Positions 49,423 to 57,574 of a DNA stretch of 64,000 nucleotides are shown piece by piece. The translations under genes were made by a program, and so were the position numbers. The stretch is from Bacilli bacterium (GTDB lineage: Bacteria > Bacillota_I > Bacilli_A > RF39 > UBA660). The DNA lies in assembly GCA_017450205.1 (NCBI GenBank), contig JAFSVF010000007.1, positions 44,060 to 108,059 on the forward strand. The letters run 5' to 3'. How positions within the stretch are numbered: position 1 is the first letter of the stretch; every line of letters starts with the position of its first letter. The notes below the pieces were generated by a model. The model was not told the origin of the DNA. It searched no databases and worked only from the letters and a program-made list of their open reading frames with translations.

Positions 49423-51066
49423 ATGCAAATATTAAATGTAAATGAGTTAGGAATGAATTTTGGGTTCGGAACATTATTTAGTAATTTATCTTTTACTTTA
49501 AATGAAGGAGAATCTATTTCAATTGTTGGTCCAAATGGATGTGGAAAATCCACATTATTAAAGATTATTGCTGGTTTAGAAAAACAAGATTGTGGTCAAG
49601 TAAGTATTAAAAAAGGTGCTAAAGTAGCTTATTTAGATCAAACTGGTGCTTCAAAGGATGATTCAAGAAAAGTATATGATGTTTTAAAAGAATCTTTTGG
49701 TAGTTTATATGAATTAGAAAAAGATATTAAAGAGTTAGAAAAAACTATGGAAGCACAACCAGACAATTCTAAAATAATTGAAAAGTATTGTGTTATGATT
49801 GATAAGTTTTCTCAATTAGGTGGATATGAGATGGATTCTACTATTAATACAGTATTATCTGGATTAAGAATTGATTCTAAAGTTCTAGAACAATCATTTA
49901 ATAATTTAAGTGGTGGAGAAAAAACTTTAATTCAATTATGTAAATGTTTAATTACTAAACCGGATTTATTGTTATTAGATGAACCAACAAACCATTTAGA
50001 TATAGAAAGAATAGAATGGTTAGAAAAATATATTAAGAATTTTAAAGGTGCTTGTGTAATTGTTTCACATGATAGATATTTCTTAGATAAAATGTGTAAT
50101 AAGATTTTAGATTTAGAAGATAAAGAACCTGAAATTTTTAATACTAATTATACTGGTTATTTAGAAGAAAAAGAAAATAGATTTGAAAAACAATTAGCTG
50201 AATATAAAGATCAACAATTAGTTATTAAAAGATTAGAAACTGAAATGAAAATGTTTGCGGAACGTGGTATGCAAACTAACAGTTCTACCTTGACAGCAAG
50301 AGCTCATGCGCTTCAAACTAGAATTAATAAAATTAAAGAAAATGCTGTTGCTAGACCAGTTAAAAGAAAAAAATCAAATATTGAATTTAATGAAGAAGCT
50401 AAATCTAGTAAAAAGATAATTCAAGTTAATGATTTAACTGTTATGTTACCAAATGCTGATCTTTTATTAGATGATATTAGTTTTGATATTAAAGCTGGTG
50501 AAAGAATTGCTTTAATTGGTTCAAATGGATGTGGAAAATCAACAATTGTTAAATCAATTATGGGTACTAATGACTTAGAGTATGATGGTGAAATAATAAT
50601 TGGACCTAGTGTTAAAATCGGATACATTCCTCAAATTATTCAATTTAGTGATGAGAAGAAGTCATTACTAGAATACTTTAGAAATGCTACTGGTTTACCT
50701 GAACAAAGGATTAGACAAATACTTGTTGGTTTCCAATTCTATAATGATTCAATTATGAAGAGAGTAGGAAATCTTTCTGGTGGTGAAAGAATGAAATTAA
50801 AATTAGCTGAGTTGTTACAAAATAAAGTTAATACATTAATTTTAGATGAACCAACAAACCATATAGATATTGATACTAAAGAGGTATTTGAAAGCGCTTT
50901 AGATGATTACAATGGAACAATGATTTTTGTATCACATGATAGATATTTTATTAATAAATTTGCGGATAAGATTTATGAAATTGATAATGGTAAATTAGAT
51001 ATTTATTATGGCGATTATGATTATTATGCTGAAAAGAAAGCTCAACAATTAGTAAGAAAAAGATAA
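49423..51066 (+). CDS. ABC-F family ATPase (tandem ABC domains with inter-domain linker; ARE/ribosome-protection-like)
   Basis: Two Walker A motifs (GPNGCGKST, GSNGCGKST), two LSGGE signatures and no TM domain. Confidence 0.9.
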   Translation: MQILNVNELGMNFGFGTLFSNLSFTLNEGESISIVGPNGCGKSTLLKIIAGLEKQDCGQVSIKKGAKVAYLDQTGASKDDSRKVYDVLKESFGSLYELEKDIKELEKTMEAQPDNSKIIEKYCVMIDKFSQLGGYEMDSTINTVLSGLRIDSKVLEQSFNNLSGGEKTLIQLCKCLITKPDLLLLDEPTNHLDIERIEWLEKYIKNFKGACVIVSHDRYFLDKMCNKILDLEDKEPEIFNTNYTGYLEEKENRFEKQLAEYKDQQLVIKRLETEMKMFAERGMQTNSSTLTARAHALQTRINKIKENAVARPVKRKKSNIEFNEEAKSSKKIIQVNDLTVMLPNADLLLDDISFDIKAGERIALIGSNGCGKSTIVKSIMGTNDLEYDGEIIIGPSVKIGYIPQIIQFSDEKKSLLEYFRNATGLPEQRIRQILVGFQFYNDSIMKRVGNLSGGERMKLKLAELLQNKVNTLILDEPTNHIDIDTKEVFESALDDYNGTMIFVSHDRYFINKFADKIYEIDNGKLDIYYGDYDYYAEKKAQQLVRKR

Positions 51067-51070
51067 TTTA

Positions 51071-51097
51071 AAGATATCATTTGATATCTTTTTTTTG
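51071..51097 (+). terminator. rho-independent terminator ending the operon
   Basis: aagatatca / tgatatctt stem followed by T6. Confidence 0.5.
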
Positions 51098-51300
51098 ACA
51101 CTTTTTATATTTATTATTTTATATGTGTAAGTAATATAAGAGTTAGTAATTATGAATTGTTTTTTTATAAAAAATAATGAAGAAGAGTGAATTATATGAA
51201 TGATATGAATTAATAAAAGATCAATAAAGAAATATATGTTAAATATTTATTTTTCAATAAATATATGATATAAATGATGTAGAGGAAGCATTATCAATTA

Positions 51301-51486
51301 ATGTTATCTCGGTTTGGGTTAACGCCTAGTCAATGACTAGGTGTTTTTTATTAACCAAAACCCCTGAAAGAAAAGACTCCTTCTATATGATCAATAAAAG
51401 AATAATTATAAGTAAAATAAAGATAATCTTATCTCTTCTGCTCATAACTAAACACCTCACATTCACTTAGAATGCCGAGATAACAT
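51301..51486. repeat. nested inverted-repeat structured element
   Basis: Outer IR aatgttatctcgg (51301-13) / ccgagataacat (51475-86). Inner IR ggtttgggttaa / ttaaccaaaacc encloses the hairpin cctagtcaatgactagg followed by T6. Confidence 0.4.
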
Positions 51487-51780
51487 CAAGATAAATAATC
51501 CTCTAATATTATATATACACGGTCGAAGTCCATTTTTCTCATTTTTATATTTAAAACTTTAAAAATATTTGTAAATTTCAAAAAAATGCTATTTCCAAAA
51601 CTAAATTAAATTAATAGTAAATAAATTTAATATCTTTTTTTATGATTTTATTATAAAATTAGTTTAGGAGGCTAACTATTAAAAGTCAATAATTTTTAAT
51701 AGTAGTTATAAATTGGAAGAGAATCCCACGCCAAAAAGATTTCACTTTCGTGAAATTTTTGAAAAAAATAATTATTTTAG

Positions 51781-52947
51781 TTATTTCAATAAAGACGGAT
51801 CAAAAAGGATATTTTGAGTTTCGAGTTTGTAAATAACTCTAAGTAGTTTTTTACAAACATGAGATAATGCAACACGATGATTTTTACCTTCTGAACGTTT
51901 CTTTAAGTAAAAATCATAAAAAGTCGGGTTATATTTAATAACAATATTTGCAATATTCATTAAAGAATATCTTAAATATCCAGAACCACGCTTAACCATT
52001 TTACCATTACATGAAATAGTACCTGATTGGTATATTCCAGGTTCTAAACCTGCAAATGATAATAATTTATCTGCATTTGAAAATTTATTAAAATCTCCAT
52101 ATTCAGATATGATTACAGCTGTGGTAAGTTCACCAATTCCTGGAATAGAAAGTGTTGGTGGATTTAGTTCTTTGACAATTGTAGAAATTTGTTTATCAAT
52201 TGAATTTATTTTTGAATCAATTTCGTTGTAAAGGCAAATAAGAGTTTGAAGTTCAATTTCAAATACTTCGTTTGATTCACCAATCGTATTTTTTGCAAGT
52301 TCTTTAAGTTTTGCAAATTTAGCATAAGTTAAGTGACATTTAGATAGTTTATTTGGTGTTTCAAAATCACGCATATTAGCCATTTTTTCAGCAGTACCAT
52401 ATTTATTAAGAAAATATAACGATGTAACTGAAAACTTATTATTAAAAAATGGTTTAAACTCAGGAAAAATAATATCTAATATATTAGTTAATTGAACCAT
52501 ATATTTAGATCTTTGTTTTACTAAAGATTCTCTTAGTCTTGAAAGTGACTTGATTGAATATTTATGATAAAATAGTTTTGAATTTGGGGTGTATGGAACT
52601 GACATAAGTTTTTGACAAATTATAATAGCATCAACTTTATCAGTTTTAGTTCTTCTTAAAGTTAATGATTTTTTAAATTCTTTAACTAATAAAGGATTAA
52701 ATTCCATAAAATTATAATTATTCTTTTCTAAGAATAATTTCAAATTCAAACCGTAATGTCCAGTGGCTTCGAGACCGATATGGACATTTTCATTATCATA
52801 GGATTTCAACAAGTCTAGAAATCGTTGGAATCCTTTTTTATTATTTTCAAATGATAAATTTTCTACAATGATTTCACCTGTATCTTTACAGATGAAACAA
52901 TCGTGTTTGTATTTTGATATATCTATTCCAACATATATCATATACAT
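51781..52947 (-). CDS. IS110-family transposase (DEDD RuvC-like N-terminus + C-terminal Tnp domain)
   Basis: N-terminal YVGIDISKYKHDCFI and conserved family architecture. 388 aa. Confidence 0.85.
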   Translation of the reverse strand: MYMIYVGIDISKYKHDCFICKDTGEIIVENLSFENNKKGFQRFLDLLKSYDNENVHIGLEATGHYGLNLKLFLEKNNYNFMEFNPLLVKEFKKSLTLRRTKTDKVDAIIICQKLMSVPYTPNSKLFYHKYSIKSLSRLRESLVKQRSKYMVQLTNILDIIFPEFKPFFNNKFSVTSLYFLNKYGTAEKMANMRDFETPNKLSKCHLTYAKFAKLKELAKNTIGESNEVFEIELQTLICLYNEIDSKINSIDKQISTIVKELNPPTLSIPGIGELTTAVIISEYGDFNKFSNADKLLSFAGLEPGIYQSGTISCNGKMVKRGSGYLRYSLMNIANIVIKYNPTFYDFYLKKRSEGKNHRVALSHVCKKLLRVIYKLETQNILFDPSLLK

Positions 52948-53223
52948 GCACCTCCTTGATTAGATTTTTTTGCACTGTTTGTTTGGCCACAAGTTTTTCT
53001 TATTTTGTATCCTCGCTGAACATATAAAACATCAAAGTGTTAACTAACTAATCAACAATTAAATAAAAAATCTGTGGTAAGAGCCTCCTTGACCAGTCAA
53101 GCCGGAACTATACAGAAACAAATCCACAGTGCGATTCTTATTATATAAAATAATAAGAAAATATAAAATGAAAGGAATCAATTAAAAGGATCAATTCCTT
53201 AATATTGATTATACGAGGATTAT

Positions 53224-54831
53224 ATGAAAAATATTAAATTATTATTAGGTATCATTTTAGAAGTATTAATTGTATTCTTTATGTATTACTTTATGTTACC
53301 TGCAATTAATATTCACTCAATTGGGTTTTGGGCATTTATATTTATTGCATTAATCATTTGGGAATTCATTTATTTAATTGTATGTTCTACAGAAAGAATA
53401 GAAAGAATCTTTAAAGGAAGAAGAATTGATGTACAAAATAAATTTAGTATTGTACCATTTATATTAGCTTTTGCTATTATAATTGTAATTGTAGTAATTA
53501 ATTTCTTTGCATCTCCTTTATTTAATGCTAAAAGTTATTCAAGAAGAATAACAGTAGATGAAACTGGAGACTTTATAAAAGATATTAATGAAGTTGATTT
53601 TAACTCTTTACCACTTCTAGATAGAGATTCTTCTGAAAAACTAGGAGATAGAGTAATGGGTCAAATGAGTGACTTTGTATCACAATATTATGTAAGTGAT
53701 CAATACTCACAAATTAATTATAATAATGATATTATTAGAGTTACTTCACTTGAATATGCTGACTTTATAAAATGGATCAGTAATAGAAAAGAAGGAGTTA
53801 AAGGTTATATTACAGTTAACTCAGTTAATGGAGAAGCAAATCTAGTTAAATTAGATAAAGGTATGAAATATATGCCTAGTGCTCACTTTAATGAAAAACT
53901 AGTTAGAGTATTAAGATTTAAGTATCCAACATTAATTTTTGGAGCAGAAAAGTTTGAAATTGATAATGAAGGAAATCCTTATTGGATTATTCCAACATAT
54001 ACTTACACAGCATTTGGTCTTAAGACTAAAGTAACTGGAGTAGTTATTCTAGATCCAATCACAGGAAAGTCTAAACACTATAAAATAGATGATGTTCCTA
54101 CATGGGTAGATAATGCTTATAACGCTGATTTAATTATCGAACAAGTAAATGACTGGGGAACATATAGAAATGGCTTTATTAATAGTGTATTTGGCCAAAA
54201 GAACGTTGTTAATACTACTCAAGGATATAATTACTTAGCTATGAATGATGATGTATATTTATATACAGGAATCACTTCAGTATTAAGTGATGAATCTAAT
54301 TTAGGGTTTATCTTAACTAATATGAGAACAGGTAAGACAGTATTCTACTCAGTACCAGGTGCTGAAGAGTATAGTGCTATGTCATCTGCTGAAGGTCAAG
54401 TTCAACAAATGTCATATAAATCTACATTCCCACTTTTAATCAATTTAAATAATAAACCAACTTATTTAGTTAGTTTAAAAGATGCAGCAGGACTAGTTAA
54501 GATGTATGGTTTTATTGATGTAGCAGACTATCAAAAAGTAGTAGTTACGGATGCTTCTCAAGGAATTAAAACAGCAGCTCAAAACTATTTAAATCAATAT
54601 GCTGAAGAAATTAGTGAAGACTTACTAATCAAAGAAACAATCAAAGTAGATAAGATTACTAGTGCTAATAAGAATGGTAATACTTATTATTATGTAACTT
54701 CTAATAATAAAAAATATGTAATATCTATTGAACTAAGTGATGAACTTCCATTTGTTAATACAGGAGATACTTTAAATATTGGATATTATGAATCAGATAA
54801 AAAGATAATAGAAGTTGTTAAATTAATATAA
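53224..54831 (+). CDS. hypothetical membrane-anchored protein
   Basis: Three N-terminal TM helices followed by a large extracytoplasmic domain. 535 aa. Confidence 0.4.
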   Translation: MKNIKLLLGIILEVLIVFFMYYFMLPAINIHSIGFWAFIFIALIIWEFIYLIVCSTERIERIFKGRRIDVQNKFSIVPFILAFAIIIVIVVINFFASPLFNAKSYSRRITVDETGDFIKDINEVDFNSLPLLDRDSSEKLGDRVMGQMSDFVSQYYVSDQYSQINYNNDIIRVTSLEYADFIKWISNRKEGVKGYITVNSVNGEANLVKLDKGMKYMPSAHFNEKLVRVLRFKYPTLIFGAEKFEIDNEGNPYWIIPTYTYTAFGLKTKVTGVVILDPITGKSKHYKIDDVPTWVDNAYNADLIIEQVNDWGTYRNGFINSVFGQKNVVNTTQGYNYLAMNDDVYLYTGITSVLSDESNLGFILTNMRTGKTVFYSVPGAEEYSAMSSAEGQVQQMSYKSTFPLLINLNNKPTYLVSLKDAAGLVKMYGFIDVADYQKVVVTDASQGIKTAAQNYLNQYAEEISEDLLIKETIKVDKITSANKNGNTYYYVTSNNKKYVISIELSDELPFVNTGDTLNIGYYESDKKIIEVVKLI

Positions 54832-54927
54832 TAAAAAGGTACTTTTAAGTACCTTTTATTATGGCATATAAAAGTGGAATAATATGCAAAAACATGTTAT
54901 AATAATTGCATATTAGAGGTGGTTTAT

Positions 54928-55536
54928 ATGCTTAATAATAAATTAAATATTACAAGCGAAATTGAACTTTCTAAGGAAGAGGAAAGAATTACAAAACTTA
55001 AAGCATTAGAACTATTTGATAAAAAAATAATAGATCAGTTTGAGGTAGGTACATTTAATGGCTTATCTGAAATTCACAAATATCTTTTTGATGATATATA
55101 TGATTTTGCTGGAAAAGTTAGAAATGTAAATTTAGCTAAAGGAAACTTTAGATTTGCATCTGTTTTGTATTTAGATGATGTTTTAGATAGTATTAATAAA
55201 ATGCCTCAAACTAATTTTGATGAAATAATTGATAAATATATTGAAATGAATATAGCTCATCCGTTTAGAGAAGGAAATGGAAGAAGTACTAGAATTTGGT
55301 TAGATTTAATACTAAGAAAAGAACTTTCTAAAGTTATTGATTGGAGTAAAGTAAATAAAGAAGATTATTTACTTGCTATGGAAAGAAGTCCGGTAAGAAG
55401 TATTGAAATAAAAAAATTACTTAATAGTGCTTTAACTGATGATGTAAATAATAGAGAAATATATATGAGAGGTATTGATGTAAGTTATCAATACGAAGGA
55501 TATTATACTTATTCTATATCGGATTTAGATAAATAA
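54928..55536 (+). CDS. Fic/Doc-family protein (putative AMPylase)
   Basis: Canonical Fic motif HPFREGNGRSTR. RBS agaggtgg before the ATG at 54928. Confidence 0.85.
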   Translation: MLNNKLNITSEIELSKEEERITKLKALELFDKKIIDQFEVGTFNGLSEIHKYLFDDIYDFAGKVRNVNLAKGNFRFASVLYLDDVLDSINKMPQTNFDEIIDKYIEMNIAHPFREGNGRSTRIWLDLILRKELSKVIDWSKVNKEDYLLAMERSPVRSIEIKKLLNSALTDDVNNREIYMRGIDVSYQYEGYYTYSISDLDK

Positions 55537-55537
55537 A

Positions 55538-55565
55538 AAAACTGAAGATTTCTTCAGTTTTTATT
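55538..55565. terminator. bidirectional terminator between fic and the pilB-like gene
   Basis: aactgaaga-tt-tcttcagtt stem flanked by A- and T-runs. Confidence 0.5.
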
Positions 55566-57480
55566 GTGTATTTAAATTTGAAAATAATGGATTATTACTT
55601 AAAAATGAAAAATCATCATTATTTGCAGCATTTGTTACTTCTTCAGGTTTAGGTTCGTTTGAAAAATCAATTGGAGCATTTTCAACAACAGGGCTTTCTT
55701 GAACTGTAGTTTGTTGTGTCTCTTCAACAACTTCAGGAGTAGATTCTACATTAGAAGTTTCTGGTTCAGAAGTAATTTCTGTTTTGATTTCTTCTTTAAC
55801 CTCAGGTTCTTTAACTTCTTCTTTAACATTTTCAGTTTTAACTTCTTCATTAGGTTCATAATTCATTTGAGTTTCTTCAATTTGATTTTGCAATCCTAAT
55901 TGAGTATCTGATCCTAAATCATCATCTAAGTCTATAAGTTTAATGATTTCATCAAATGTTGTATCTCCTTGAAGAACTTTTCCTAAACCATCTTCAAGCA
56001 TTGTTCTTGTATCAGCTCTACCATAAACAGCTTTTCTTAATTCAGACTTAGGTACGTTTTGAGTAATTGCATCTCTAACATGTTGATTTAATAATAATAC
56101 TTCATGTACTGCAATACGTCCTCTATAACCTTTAGAACATTCATCGCATCCAACTGCATCATATATTTCATTAACTTCTTGTTTAACTGTTTTTCTAAAT
56201 ATTTCTTTTTCATAATCAGTAGTAGGTCTTAATTTTTTACATTTAGGACATAATCTACGAGCTAACTTTTGTGAGATGATACCAGAAAGGGCAGATCCAA
56301 GTAAGTATCTTTCAACTGACATATCTGTCAAACGTTCGATTGTATTAAGAGCGTTATTTGTATGGATTGTTGATAATACTAGGTGACCAGTTATGGCAGC
56401 TCTAACTGCGATTCTTGCTGTTTCATCATCACGAATTTCTCCGACCATTATGATATCTGGGTCTTGACGTAAGATAGAACGTAATACTGAAGCAAATGTA
56501 AGTCCGATTTCAGATTGAGTTTGAACTTGGTTAATACCTTCGATATTCATTTCGACTGGGTCCTCAACTGTGATAATATTTGTTTCTTCATCATTAAGAG
56601 CTTGAAGAACTGAGTATACAGTAGTTGATTTACCAGAACCAGTAGCACCAGTTACTAAGATAATTCCATTAGGAAGTTCCATCATTTTATGTATCTTAGT
56701 TATATTGAAATCTGAAAAATCTATATGATCAATACCTTGAGCAGACATTGTATAGTCCATGATACGAAGAACGACTTTTTCACCCATGTTAGTAGGAAGT
56801 ACTGATACACGGATATCTATAGGTTGGTTATTAATAGTAGTTCTAATAGCACCATCTTGAGGTATTCTTGATTCTGTAATATTCATACCAGAAATAATCT
56901 TAATACGAGTTACTAAATTTCTTTTTACATATAAAGGTACGATAGAGTAGTCATGTAATAAACCATCTATTCTTATTCTTATTTTAATACCTTCTTCATA
57001 AGGGTCAAAATGGATATCTGATACACCTTTGTCAATAGCATCCAAAATAATAGAGTTAACTATATCTGTAATTGGAGTATTGTTGTAATCAAATGTAACC
57101 ATACCAGTTAAACCAGCACCTCTAGTAGCAGGTCCACCACTTGATGCATCAGATAATTCAAGATTTTGTGCAGGTACTTGTGCTTCATTTCCAGGAAGTT
57201 GTTCGTTTCCAGGTAATGCTTGCGTATCTCCTGGTAGAGTAGCATCAGCAGGTAAACTAGTTTCTACTTGTTGAGCATCTCCCGGTAAAACAGAAGTATC
57301 TTGTGGAATTTCTTGTGTTATTACTTGAGTTTCTGCTTGTGGTACAACAGCCTCTACAACTGGAGATTCTTGAGCAACTGGAGCCTCAGGAACAACAGGT
57401 GCTTCAGGCATAGTTTGAACTTCAGGTTGTACTGCTTCAGCAGGAACAGCATTATTTACTAAAATTTCTTGATTATCCAT
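55561..57480 (-). CDS. GspE/PilB-family secretion ATPase with disordered N- and C-terminal extensions
   Basis: Walker A GATGSGKST, Asp and His boxes, tetra-Cys CPKCKK...CDEC. P/E/A/V/Q-rich N-terminal roughly 120 aa and an E/K/V-rich tail. Confidence 0.85.
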   Translation of the reverse strand: MDNQEILVNNAVPAEAVQPEVQTMPEAPVVPEAPVAQESPVVEAVVPQAETQVITQEIPQDTSVLPGDAQQVETSLPADATLPGDTQALPGNEQLPGNEAQVPAQNLELSDASSGGPATRGAGLTGMVTFDYNNTPITDIVNSIILDAIDKGVSDIHFDPYEEGIKIRIRIDGLLHDYSIVPLYVKRNLVTRIKIISGMNITESRIPQDGAIRTTINNQPIDIRVSVLPTNMGEKVVLRIMDYTMSAQGIDHIDFSDFNITKIHKMMELPNGIILVTGATGSGKSTTVYSVLQALNDEETNIITVEDPVEMNIEGINQVQTQSEIGLTFASVLRSILRQDPDIIMVGEIRDDETARIAVRAAITGHLVLSTIHTNNALNTIERLTDMSVERYLLGSALSGIISQKLARRLCPKCKKLRPTTDYEKEIFRKTVKQEVNEIYDAVGCDECSKGYRGRIAVHEVLLLNQHVRDAITQNVPKSELRKAVYGRADTRTMLEDGLGKVLQGDTTFDEIIKLIDLDDDLGSDTQLGLQNQIEETQMNYEPNEEVKTENVKEEVKEPEVKEEIKTEITSEPETSNVESTPEVVEETQQTTVQESPVVENAPIDFSNEPKPEEVTNAANNDDFSFLSNNPLFSNLNTQ

Positions 57481-57554
57481 AATATCAACCCATTCTTTTA
57501 TTCTAGTAAAATTATAAAAGAATATATATTAATAGTCAATAAACTAAAATAAAA

Positions 57555-57574
57555 AAGGAAGTAAATACTTCCTT
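57555..57574 (-). terminator. terminator downstream of ponA (minus strand)
   Basis: ggaagta-aat-tacttcc stem with a T-run on the minus strand. Confidence 0.45.

Larger units (their letters stand above)
51100..53220 (-). mobile_element. IS110-family insertion sequence (approximate extent; ends not determinable)
   Basis: A DEDD-type transposase gene flanked by about 700 bp and about 270 bp of non-coding DNA. No terminal IR is expected for this family. Confidence 0.4.

Noticed and set aside
48640-51066. Reading APH(3') + ABC-F simply as a mobile acquired AMR cassette dropped next to IS110
   Set aside because: Not fully rejected, but less likely. The APH start overlaps the PHP gene stop (ATGA). 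The whole run is one uninterrupted operon with uniform composition. Resistance genes integrated this tightly are more typical of producer self-resistance. Kept as an alternative in the findings.
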